Source of the DNA: an uncultured Acidimicrobiia bacterium
GTDB lineage: Bacteria; Actinomycetota; Acidimicrobiia; Acidimicrobiales; AC-14
Assembly: GCA_963836205.1 (NCBI GenBank)
Contig: CAWIIV010000007.1
Location: forward strand, 96,001 to 160,000
Direction of reading: 5' to 3'
DNA: 64,000 nucleotides
Of the stretch, positions 1 to 10,400 are shown in pieces. Position 1 is the first letter of the stretch, and each line of letters starts with the position of its first letter. The translations under genes were made by a program, and so were the position numbers. The notes beneath the pieces are model-generated. The model was given only the letters and a program-made list of their open reading frames with translations. It did no database searches and was not told the DNA's origin.

Positions 1-353
1 TGGTACTCAAAGGCGGCAGTGATTTCCAGTCTGGTCTGGCCTGCACTTCGGCCAACGCCATCGCATACCAGGGTGTGACCGCCATTGTGAATTTGACCGG
101 GAAGGTGTCTTGTATCGTCGGGAACCTTGTGGGGAACGGCACCTTGGCTTGGGAAAACGGTGATGTCTCCACTGTGAGCGTGCGGGCAACCACCATCGGG
201 GCGGTTCCACTCATCGACGCCCGGATCACCAGTGGCGCGCTGATCGGGTCCCGAGTGGTCGTGGTGGGTGTCCCGACTGCCTTCTCTGGCCTCTGCATCA
301 CGCCGGTGACTCGAATCTCCTACGTGGGCGCAGGTGCCTTCCTGAAGCTGTAG
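1..353 (+). CDS. Hypothetical, probably secreted beta-rich Cys-containing protein (5' end outside window)
   Basis: Frame is open from base 3 (VLKGGSDFQSGLAC...) to TAG at 351-353; Gly/Thr/Val-rich with several Cys. Confidence 0.55.
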   Translation, partial: VLKGGSDFQSGLACTSANAIAYQGVTAIVNLTGKVSCIVGNLVGNGTLAWENGDVSTVSVRATTIGAVPLIDARITSGALIGSRVVVVGVPTAFSGLCITPVTRISYVGAGAFLKL

Positions 354-387
354 GCAGCGGCGCCATCGCCCGGCAGTCAGCGTAGGG

Positions 388-1752
388 TCATCTTGGCGAA
401 TCCTCGGTTCTCGGGGGAAGTCTGACGACCTCGAACAGGGCGGCCAGGTAGGCCTCGACGAAACGCCCGGCGGCTGCCGGCCCGAACAATCGGCGGCAGT
501 AACGAAACGACAGGTGGAGCCGTCCCCCGGCCGTGACCGCGCCGACCGCGAGGCCAAGGGGCATACGCGCCGGGCCGGAGAAGAGCATCTCCTGGATGTC
601 GCCGGCGCCGGTTCCGAACGACGGCACATCGGCGAGGCGGCCGAGATTGGAAAGCATGGCGGTGTCGATCAGCCGGTTGCCGGTGATGGGGACTAGGCCC
701 ACGATGCCCCGCTTGGCCCACAGCGGGAGCAGCGCGGAGTGACCCAGAGCAGCAAGCATCGCCAGGCCGATATCCGAGGAGTTCTTCTTGCGGCGGGTCT
801 GAGTGGTTACAGCGTCCAGTGCGTTGGCCGCCGTGCGGCGGCTGCGGCGGCGAGTCGACACCCGCGCTGTGAGGCTGAAGTTCCCCGCGATGTCCTGACG
901 CCACTGCGGTGGGCGGAGGTTGATAGGCACGATGACGCCGACCCGGCCGCACCGTGCTCCGTGCGCCGAGTTCCATCTCGCGATCGCCAGATGGAGCGCG
1001 GCGAGGAGAGCGTCGTTGACGGTTCCTCGGCGGTCGCCCTCCACGAGGGCCTTCGTGGTTTGCGCAGGCAGTGAGACCTGGCAGAACCCGTACCCGATCT
1101 CGTCGGTTGCACCGTCTTTCGCGACGCGGGCTGCGGGCGCGACCAGGTCCCGCAGCCCTGCTGCGAGAGAGAGCCAGCGGCGAGCGGTGACGCGGGCCTC
1201 GGCGACGCTCGCCAGGCGCGCCGGCAGCTCGCGGGCCTCCTCGAAGGCCAGCAGGGGAGCGGGGTCGGGCCGGCCGGCGTACGCGTTGGCTATGGATTGC
1301 AGTACCCGCACGGCGCCGACGCCGTCCATTGCCGCATGGTTCACGTTCATCATGAGCACGTCGCCGTCGGGATGGCGGGCCAGCCATACGCGCAGGGGAG
1401 GCGACTCCGAAAGAGGCACCGCCACGCTCAGCAGTTCGGCGCGGGCGACGCCGAGGGCGACATCATCGGGACAGTCGACGACCCGAAGAGCGTTGATGTC
1501 GGGCGCAGATGGGAACGCCCAGATGTCGCGATGCCCGGTACTGGGGGACGCTACCTTCCGGGCCCTCGCCATGGGGTGGATGGCAATGGCGCGTTCGAGC
1601 GCCGACCGCAGCCGATCCTCATCGAGGGATCCACTGACCCGGGTCTCAAGCTGGATGCTCCATGGGGCGGCCTCGATGTCGAGAAGGTGGAACACCTCGT
1701 CGAGCATGCTAAACGGCACCACATCGAGGGGAGGCGGTAGCTCGGAGACCAA
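388..1752 (-). CDS. Condensation-domain / PapA5-like acyltransferase
   Basis: 454 aa ORF; NHAAMDG matches the HxxxDG catalytic motif; TVNDALLAA, VPINLR and LSNLGR segments are typical of the CoA-dependent acyltransferase fold. Confidence 0.8.
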   Translation of the reverse strand: MVSELPPPLDVVPFSMLDEVFHLLDIEAAPWSIQLETRVSGSLDEDRLRSALERAIAIHPMARARKVASPSTGHRDIWAFPSAPDINALRVVDCPDDVALGVARAELLSVAVPLSESPPLRVWLARHPDGDVLMMNVNHAAMDGVGAVRVLQSIANAYAGRPDPAPLLAFEEARELPARLASVAEARVTARRWLSLAAGLRDLVAPAARVAKDGATDEIGYGFCQVSLPAQTTKALVEGDRRGTVNDALLAALHLAIARWNSAHGARCGRVGVIVPINLRPPQWRQDIAGNFSLTARVSTRRRSRRTAANALDAVTTQTRRKKNSSDIGLAMLAALGHSALLPLWAKRGIVGLVPITGNRLIDTAMLSNLGRLADVPSFGTGAGDIQEMLFSGPARMPLGLAVGAVTAGGRLHLSFRYCRRLFGPAAAGRFVEAYLAALFEVVRLPPRTEDSPR

Positions 1753-2000
1753 ATGCTCGACAACCTCGGATCAGAAGTGAGCGAATATTCCGGGAGGCTA
1801 CCGTCTCTTGGAAGGTTGATGAATGAGCCTGATCGGAGCCCCAGCGGAGGGCCGTACTGCCTCGTAGACAAAGGGCCAGAGGTTCATCAAGTCATCCTGG
1901 CGTCCCGAACGGGCCGGACAAATGTCGATGCTGGGGCTCGAATGTGGCTTCCGGTGGTCGAGCGAGCAGCGAAGTGTCTGGGAGTGGGAGAGTTCCACGC

Positions 2001-3020
2001 GTGACCCCGCAACTCGCTGTCGAGGTCCGGAATCTTGAGAAGTGCTACGAGAACGCGGGCGTGCAGGCCCTCGGCGACGTCAGCTTCGACGTCGAGGAAG
2101 GTGAGATTTTCGGCTACCTCGGCCGCAACGGCGCTGGGAAGTCGACCACCGTTCGCATCTTGACCACCCTGTTGCGTCCGAGCGCGGGGCGCGCTCTGGT
2201 GCGGGGGTTCGACGTCTGCACCCAGCCGGGCGAGGTGAGGCGGGTGATCGGAGCGGCACTGCAGCAGGCGGCGCTCGACGACCTCATGACCGGGCGAGAG
2301 CACCTGCTTCTCGCGGCGCGACTCGCCGGCCTCGGCAAGGTCGGATCGCGTCACCGTGCGGCGGAGCTTCTCGAGGTTTTCGGCCTTGGCGCGGCCGCCG
2401 ACCGCATCGCAGCCAGGTACTCCGGAGGCATGCGCCGGCGCCTCGACGTCGCCATGGCCATGATCCGCCGACCGGGCGTGCTCTTCTTGGACGAACCAAC
2501 GACAGGGCTCGATCCCCAGGGCCGTCGAGCCCTGTGGGCTCTCGTCAGCGACTTCCGAGACCAGGGTTCGACTGTGTTCCTCACCACTCAGAATCTGCAA
2601 GAGGCCGACGAGCTCGCCGCCCGGGTGGCAATCGTCCACGAAGGACGGATCGCAGCCATCGGCAGTCCCGCGGAGCTGAAGACTCAGTTCGGTGGAGCGA
2701 CGACGATCCGTTTGCGGGCAGACGCCGCCAACATGGCCCGGGTCCGGGGCGCGACCAACGACCAGCAGTGCAGCGAGAGCGGCGACGGGTGGTTCACCCT
2801 GATGGTGGCCGGGGGCGAGGCCGCGGTCCCATCGTTGATAGCCCGCCTCGGTGAGGCGAAAGCATCCATCGAGCACCTCAGTGTTCGGTCCCCGAGCCTG
2901 GAGGACGTCTTCGTCAACCTTACGGGCTCCGAGATCGAGTCTTCGGCTACGTCCGATGACGCCGGATCCCTGGCCGCCATCCAACGCGGGCGGGGCGTGG
3001 TTCCTGGGAGCTCGCGGTGA
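2001..3020 (+). CDS. ABC exporter ATP-binding subunit (DrrA-like)
   Basis: Walker A GRNGAGKS, signature YSGGMRRR, Walker B FLDEP, C-terminal SLEDVF; GTG at 2001 after GGGAG. Confidence 0.9.
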   Translation: MTPQLAVEVRNLEKCYENAGVQALGDVSFDVEEGEIFGYLGRNGAGKSTTVRILTTLLRPSAGRALVRGFDVCTQPGEVRRVIGAALQQAALDDLMTGREHLLLAARLAGLGKVGSRHRAAELLEVFGLGAAADRIAARYSGGMRRRLDVAMAMIRRPGVLFLDEPTTGLDPQGRRALWALVSDFRDQGSTVFLTTQNLQEADELAARVAIVHEGRIAAIGSPAELKTQFGGATTIRLRADAANMARVRGATNDQQCSESGDGWFTLMVAGGEAAVPSLIARLGEAKASIEHLSVRSPSLEDVFVNLTGSEIESSATSDDAGSLAAIQRGRGVVPGSSR

Positions 3021-3790
3021 GCCCGCTCGACCAGGTCCGGCTCCTCCTGGTACGAAGCCTCCGGGAAGGGACCCGCAACCCGCTGCTGGCCTATGCCCTC
3101 CCCGTGGTCATCCCGTTGGCCTTGCTCGTGTTGGTCGCGACAACCCTGTCCCGGGCCACCGAGCTGCCCGGCTTCCCTACCGACAACTACGCAGCGTGGA
3201 TAACGCCTCCAGTCGTCATGCTGACGGCGATGACGGGCGTGGGCTTCGCCGCGACGAGCCTTGTGATCGACATCCAGTCCGGCTTCATCGACCGTCTCCG
3301 CCTCCTCGATGCCAGGCCGCAGGCGCTGCTGCTCAGCCGCCTGCTCTTTGACGTACTGCGAGTGCTCTTCGCCGGCGCCGTCGTGCTGGTCCTTGGTGTC
3401 GTGCTGGGAACCGAGGTCCACGGCGGGCTGGTGGGGCTGCTGATGCTCTTCGGCCTGCTGACGCTGTGGGCCGCGGCCTACGGCGGTCTGTACTTCGTCG
3501 TCGCACTCACGACGATGCTGCCCCAGGCCCCCCTCGCCCTCCTGGCGATCGCCTTTCCGCTGGCATTCCTGTCGACGTTGTTCTTGCCCGACTCCCTGCT
3601 GCCGCGCTGGGCGGAGGTCGCCTCCCGCTGGAACCCGTACAGCTATATGGCCGATGCGAGCAGGGTCCTGATCACCGGGCCCTTCTCCGCCGCACCAGTC
3701 GCTCGAGCGGTGGCGGTGGCCGTGGGTGTCCTGCTGGTCACCCTGGTGGTTTCGTTGCGATCCTTCTCGCGCGCCGTCGGTGCCCGGTAA
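3017..3790 (+). CDS. ABC-2 type exporter permease (DrrB-like)
   Basis: About six hydrophobic segments, 'G.IDRLR' and 'WNPYSY' ABC-2 motifs; GTGA overlap with the ATPase gene. Confidence 0.88.
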   Translation: MSPLDQVRLLLVRSLREGTRNPLLAYALPVVIPLALLVLVATTLSRATELPGFPTDNYAAWITPPVVMLTAMTGVGFAATSLVIDIQSGFIDRLRLLDARPQALLLSRLLFDVLRVLFAGAVVLVLGVVLGTEVHGGLVGLLMLFGLLTLWAAAYGGLYFVVALTTMLPQAPLALLAIAFPLAFLSTLFLPDSLLPRWAEVASRWNPYSYMADASRVLITGPFSAAPVARAVAVAVGVLLVTLVVSLRSFSRAVGAR

Positions 3791-4046
3791 GCCAATGGCG
3801 CCGTGGGCGATCCGATCTTAGGAAGCTTCGCCTCGTTGGTTGACATGTCGGGTTCGTGATGCTGTGCTCTTGCGAGCGGCGCGCACCGCCGTGCTGCACG
3901 GTTTGCTCCAGCAGGACCCGTTCTTCCATAGGTAGTACTGACGACATCATGCGGCCTCCAATCCGTGCGCTGCTGGGGATGTCAACACTTGACGCTGAAA
4001 TCATTTCCGCGACCAGGCCCCAGTAAGCAGACTCCCAGGAGAGGCC

Positions 4047-4376
4047 ATGATGCAATCATTGCAAAGGCACAAGTCCGTGGTCATGGCGGCCGCCCTCACA
4101 GCGACGTTCGCCAACGCGACGACGGTGGGGTTGTAGACGCCGCGGTGACCCATTCAGCTGACGTGAGGCATCCGAGATGCGTCTCACGGTTGGTGTGGTC
4201 CAAGTCGACCAACGAAAGTGGTTCAATGACGGAGCAAAGCTACGACACCGGGGGACCATTCGCGGGTGACGCGGGGCCTCTCCCGCTGGTCGCCGGCGTC
4301 AGTCCTGCAAGCTGCTCGACTCCGACGGGGTTGACGACAGCGATGTTTGCCAACGCTTCGACTGGTCGGGTTATGA
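4047..4376 (+). pseudogene. Degenerate remnants of two paralogous small secreted-protein genes
   Basis: AGGAG-ATG at 4047 gives signal-peptide-like MMQSLQRHKSVVMAAAL fused to TATFANATTVGL*; 4337-4376 encodes a near-identical C-terminus (TAMFANAST/VGL*, 1-nt insertion). Confidence 0.4.
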
Positions 4377-4436
4377 AGCGGAACCCCCGATTGCGATTCG
4401 ACTCTCCTTATCCCACTGGCACGACAGACCTTTCTC

Positions 4437-7400
4437 ATGAGTGATCCCGCCGCTTATCGCGACGACGCGCTCGCGATTGTCGGATTGGCGTTTCGGCTTC
4501 CGGGCGGCGTCACCACATTGGACGATTTGTGGTCGGCCTTGTCCACGAGACGGAATCTCATAACTGATATTCCTGCTGACCGTTTCGAGACGTCACGCTT
4601 CTTCGACCCGGTCCCGACTCGCGCCGGGAAGGCCTTTACGTTCGCCGGGGGATACATCGGTGACATCACCGGTTTCGATGCGGACTACTTCGGTATATCG
4701 CCCCGCGAGGCGACGTTGATGGACCCACAGCAGCGACTTCTCCTGGAGATGACCGCGGACGCGTTCGACGACGCCGGCATCGATCCGCAGTCCGTGGCCG
4801 GCACCGATACCTCGGTGTTCGTGGGTATGTCCGACATGGGTTACCTCGCCCTGCAAATGTGCTCGCCGGAGACAATTGCCTCCCATACGATGTCCGGCGG
4901 CGCCCTGTCGATCGCCTCGAACCGTCTGTCGTATGTGTTCGACCTTCGTGGGCCGAGCATGACCCTCGACACTGCCTGCTCGTCGGTGATGGTCGCGTTG
5001 CACCAGGCGTGCCAGACGGTGCTCACTGGGCGCAGCGCCCTGGCCGTGGTCGGGGGCGTTCACCTCCTGCTCGGGCCGCACCCGTTCATCGGTTTCGCCA
5101 AGGCCTCGATGCTGTCACCGCTCGGACGTTGCGCGACCTTCTCCGCCGACGCCGACGGCTACGTGCGGGCCGAAGGCGGAGGGGTGCTACTGGTCAAGCG
5201 GCTGTCGGCCGCCGTGGCCGCGGGGGATCGGGTGCACGCGGTGATCGTGTCCACCGAGGTCAACACGGACGGCCGGACCAGTGGGATGACCGTGCCCAGC
5301 GTCGAGATGCAGGCGGCGTTGCTGCGGACCGTTTACCAGCGAGCCGGGGTGGGCGCCGACGACCTCTCCTACTTCGAGGCGCACGGTACCGGTACGCCTC
5401 TCGGTGACCCCATCGAATGCGAGGCGGTTGGGCGGGCGCTCGGGCGGCGGCGCACGCCCGGTCAGCCCCTGCCGATCGGGTCGGTGAAGACGAATCTCGG
5501 CCACATGGAGCCTGCATCCGGCATCTCGGGCATTCTCAAAGCCATCCTGGTGCTCCAGCATCGGACGATCCCTCCGTCATTGCATGGCTCACCGCCGAAC
5601 CCGTTGATCGACTTCGCAGCCTTGGGATTGGCGCCAGTTCACGAGGCCCAGCCGGTCGAGCGAGGCCGGGCCCTGGTCGGGGTGAACAGCTTCGGCTTCG
5701 GTGGCGCCAACTGCCATGCGCTGCTGGCGGAGGCGCCGGCCGCTCGGTCGACGGCTCGACCAGAGGTCGAGCTGCCACTGGTCGTGTCGGCGCGCAGCGA
5801 ACCCGCGCTGATCCAGGCCGTCGGCCGGCTGGCCGAGCGGCTGGCAGGTTGCGCCCAGGACGACTACTACGACCTCTGCCACACGGCCGCCCGCAGGGCC
5901 CGGCACCCGCACCGAGCCGTGGTGCTGGCGTCCACGCCCCGATCCGCGGCGGATCGACTGGCCGCGGTGGCCGGGGGCGACGCTGCCGACGGTGCTGCCA
6001 GCGGAATCGCGGCGAAGGACGGGCGGGTCGTGTTCGCCTTCTCGGGCAACGGGTCGCAGTGGCCCGGCATGGGCGCCGACCTCATAGCGTCGGAACCGGT
6101 GTTCCAGGCCGCTATCGAGGAGGTCGACCGGCTCCTGTGCCGGCGGCTGGGATGGTCGGTGCTGGAGGAGCTGGTCGCGCCGCCTGAGCGATCACGATCG
6201 AGCGACACCGCTTTCGCCCAGCCGGCGCTGTTCGCGGTCCAGGTCGGGCTGGTGGCCTTGTTCGCCGCCCGCGGCATCCGCCCGGCGGCGGTCACCGGCC
6301 ACAGCGTCGGCGAGGTGGCAGCGGCCTACGCGTCGGGGGCTCTCGACCTGGACGCGGCGTGCCAGGTGATCGCTGGCCGCAGCGAGGCCCAGGCCCTCAC
6401 CGCCGGCCAGGGCCGGATGGCGGCGGTCGGCTTGAGCCCGGCTGAGGCGGAGCAGGCGCTGGCGCCCTTCTCCGGTCGCCTCGAGATCGCGGCGATCAAC
6501 ACGGACAGGGACGTGACCGTGTCTGGTGAGGCGGCAGCCGTCGCCGAACTGGCAACACGGCTCGACAGCGCGGTGTTCTTCCGCCAACTCGACCTCGACT
6601 ACGCCTTCCACTGCCGCCATATGGACGCCATCGAGCAGCCGCTGCGGGCGTCGCTGCGCGGCCTTCGCCCGTCAGAGGCCACGGTGCCGTTCGTGTCCTC
6701 CGTCACCGGCGGCCCTGTCGGTGGCGCCGAGCTCGACGCCGACTACTGGTGGGCGAACGTCCGCCAGCCCGTTCGATTCGCCTCGGCCGCCGACCATCTT
6801 CGGGCGCACGGATACGACGTCTTTCTCGAGATCGGGCCCCATCCGGTCCTTACCACCTACCTGCGCCGGATCACGGCGTCGAGCGGCCCAACCGCGGTCG
6901 TGCCGACGCTCAGGCGCGACACCGACGGACCCGCCGCCATTCGCACCGCGACGGCCGCGGTGATGGCCGTCGGCGCACGAGTCGACGAACGTCTGTCTCT
7001 CTCGGGACCGGGGCGGGTCGTGGACCTGCCCCCCTACCCGTGGCAGCGAGAGAGGTACTGGAACGGAACGCCTGGTCAATGGGTTCGCAGCAGTGGCGAC
7101 GGCACCATCGATCACCCACTGTTGGGGGAACGCATGCCCGTGCTGGAGCCCACGTGGCTGGCCACGGTCGAACCTGCGCTTGTGCCGTGGCTGGCGAGTC
7201 ACAAGCTCTGGGGTGCCGTCCTCTGGCCCGCGGTCGGGCACGTGGAAATGGCTATGGCCGCGGGGCGGCGAGTGCTGCATGCTCCCGTCGAGGTCACCGA
7301 CCTGGCCATCCCGGCGCCGCTGGTGCTGCCGTGGAACACGGGCATGGACGTACGGATCCAAACGTCGATGTCGGGCGACGACGGCGTCGTCCGGATCGCC

Positions 7401-10400
7401 AGCACCACTGGCACCGGGACCGACTGGCGATTGCACGCCCAGGGACGGGTCCGGCGGCTGCTGTGCGACGCGCCTCCAGCCGTCGACCTAGGCGTACTCG
7501 AGGAGCGCACCACGAGGCATTGGGATGCCGACGACTTCTACGCCCTCCTCGACCACGTCGGACTTCAGTACGGCCCGTTCTTACAAGTGTTGCGCGACGT
7601 GTACGCGGGCCCTGCAGACGTGGTGGCCTACTACAGCACCGCCATCGATCAAGAGGGTTACGAGGCCCATCCGGCGATCCTCGACGGAGCGCTCCACGCA
7701 GGAGTGCCCCTTCTGGAGGGCCGTTCGTTCATGCCTGGTGCCATCGACCGGGTCCGGCTGTGGCGCCAGCCGTCATCCTCCGGCTTCGTCCATGTCCGTC
7801 AGCGCTCACGGACCAGGCGCGAAGCGTGCTGGGACGTCCTCGTTGGCAACGACGACGGCACCGTGGTCGCCGAGCTGCGGGGTTGCAGGATGCGCCGGGC
7901 CGACGCCGAGCAGGCGCCTTCGGTGCACTACGCGACCGTGCTGCGGGCCGCGCCCAGAAAGCAGGAGCCCGCAGCGCCGAGCCCTCTGCCCGCGCCCGTT
8001 CAGCTTGTCGCCTACGCCCAGAGCCAGATCGAAGACCTCCAGGCTGGTTGGAACCAGAGAGGCTACGAGCGACTCGACGCCACGGCGAAGGTGGCGGCCG
8101 CCCATTTCGCAAGGGCGGCGGTCGACGCCATGCTGGCCGGACAGGAGGAGTTCACCACCGACGACCTCGTGGCCGCCGGGATGTTGCCCAAATACGTGCG
8201 GATGTGGCAGCTCGTGTCCCGTCTCTGCGTCGAGCACGGCCTGCTCGAGCGGCAGAGCAGTGACCGGTGGCGTACGACCGGCAGGAAAGCGAAGCGACCC
8301 AGGGATTTCGCCGAAGGTTTCCTGCTCGCCGAGCCGCGGTTCGCCCCGGACGTGCTCATGTCGGGACGATTGGGGAACCATTGGGCGGACCTTCTTTGTG
8401 GACGGCGCAAGCCAGTCGACCTGCTGTTCGGCGGTGGCGGGTCCGACACCGTCGAACATTTCTACGACACCTCGCCGATCGCAGGAATGCTCAACCACCT
8501 GACGAAGTCGCTGGTGGAGGCCATTGTCCAGAGTTGGCCGACCGACCGTCCGCTCCGGGTTCTGGAGGTGGGAGCCGGGACGGGTGGCACGACGGCCACC
8601 CTCCTGCCAGTTCTTCCCCCGGAACGCACGCGGTACGTGTTCACCGATGTGTCAGCCGCCTTTCTCACGGCGGCCGAAGCACGGTTCGAGACGTACGGGT
8701 TCGTCGATTACCGCCTGCTGGACATCGACCAGGACCTCCGCGAACAAGGTTTCGACGAGACGACTTTCGACCTGATCGTGGCGGCAAACGTCCTGCACGT
8801 GGCGCGGGACCTACGGCGCGCCCTGCGGCGACTCGGCTGCCTTCTGTCGCCGGGCGGCCAGATGCTGGCATGCGAGGTTCACGATCCGGAACTGCTCGTC
8901 GCGCCGCTCGGGTTCCTGGACCAGTTCTGGTCGTTCACCGACAGCGATCTTCGACCCGAGTCGGCTCTGCTCTCTCGCGAGCGATGGTCAGGCGTGTTCC
9001 GCGAGTGCGGGTTCGACGAGGTGGTCCAATGCGGGGCCTCCCAGGAGCCGGCGCGCTCCGACTTCTCGGTGACCCTGGCCCGCCGGGATCGCCGCCCGAC
9101 GGCACCATCGACATCGCCTCGCGCCGAGCCGGGCGGGTCGTGGGTCCTGGCAGTGGAGGACCCAGGCGACGTCGGTGTTGCGTCGGAGTTGGCGGACTTG
9201 CTCTTCGCTGGGGGGGCGGAGGCGGTCGCGGTCATCGCTGAGGCAGACGGAGCGTTGACGGCGGAGCGAGTGCAAGCTGGTGGGTCGATCGTCTTCGTGC
9301 TGGGCGGCGACAGCAGCGGCGACGCGGCGGGAGCGGTCTCCCGCGCCGTTCGACGATTCGGCGTTCTGCGTGCCTTTGCCACGGCATGTGAGGCCTTCCC
9401 ACCAGGTCACGGGACGAGGTTATGGCTGGTGACCCGGCCGAGCGGCGCTCTGCCCGAGCCGGAGCGGCCGCTCGTGCCCGAGGATGCTGCCCTCTGGGGC
9501 GCGGCACGGGTCCTGGCCAACGAACGCACCGACGCTGTGATCAGGAGGATCTCCTGGCAACGCAGCCAGGACGCCACGGAGGACGCCCGTCGACTGGCGC
9601 TCGAGCTGCTCGATCCCTCCGAGGAGGACGAGGTCGTCCTCACCAGGGCAGGGAGGTTCGTGCCCAGGCCGCTCGAGCGCCATCGGCCGCTGCGCCTGGT
9701 TGAGCGGCGACAACAGGCCTACGAGCTGGAGCTCCGCAATCAGGGTCTGTCCTACGAGCTGGCCTGGGTGGAGGCCGCGCCCCTGCGCCCTCTACCCGAC
9801 GAGGTGGTCGTCGAGGTGAGGGCGACGGCGCTCAACTACAGGGATGTCATGATCGCCATGGGCACCATGCCGCCCGACGCCGAGGGCGCCGTTGCCGGTG
9901 GCGAGCAGTTGATCGGGCTGGAGTATGCCGGGGTGGTCGCGGCGGTGGGAGGCGACGTCGAGACGCTGCGGCCGGGTGACCGTGTATGCGGAGTCGCCTA
10001 CCGGTCGTTCGCATCCCACGTGGTCACCAAGGCCGAATTCGTTCTGGAGATACCGGACGACATGGATTTCGCCGGCGCCGCGACCCTGCCGGTGGCTTTT
10101 CTCACCGTGCATCACAGCCTCGACCACCTCGCCCGGCTGGCCCCGGGCGAGACCATCCTGATCCATGGCGCCGCCGGCGGCGTGGGCCTGGCCGCCATCC
10201 AGTACGCGAACCTGGTCGAAGCCAGCGTGATCGCAACTGCGGGAACGGAGGCCAAGCGCGACCTCCTGTCGCTGCTCGGGGTCGACGATGTTCTCGACTC
10301 GCGCAGCATGGCCTTCGCCGACCAGGTCATGGCGCTCACCGACGGCGTCGGCGTCGACGTCGTGCTCAACTCCCTGAGCGGCGAGGCGATCTCCCGAGGG

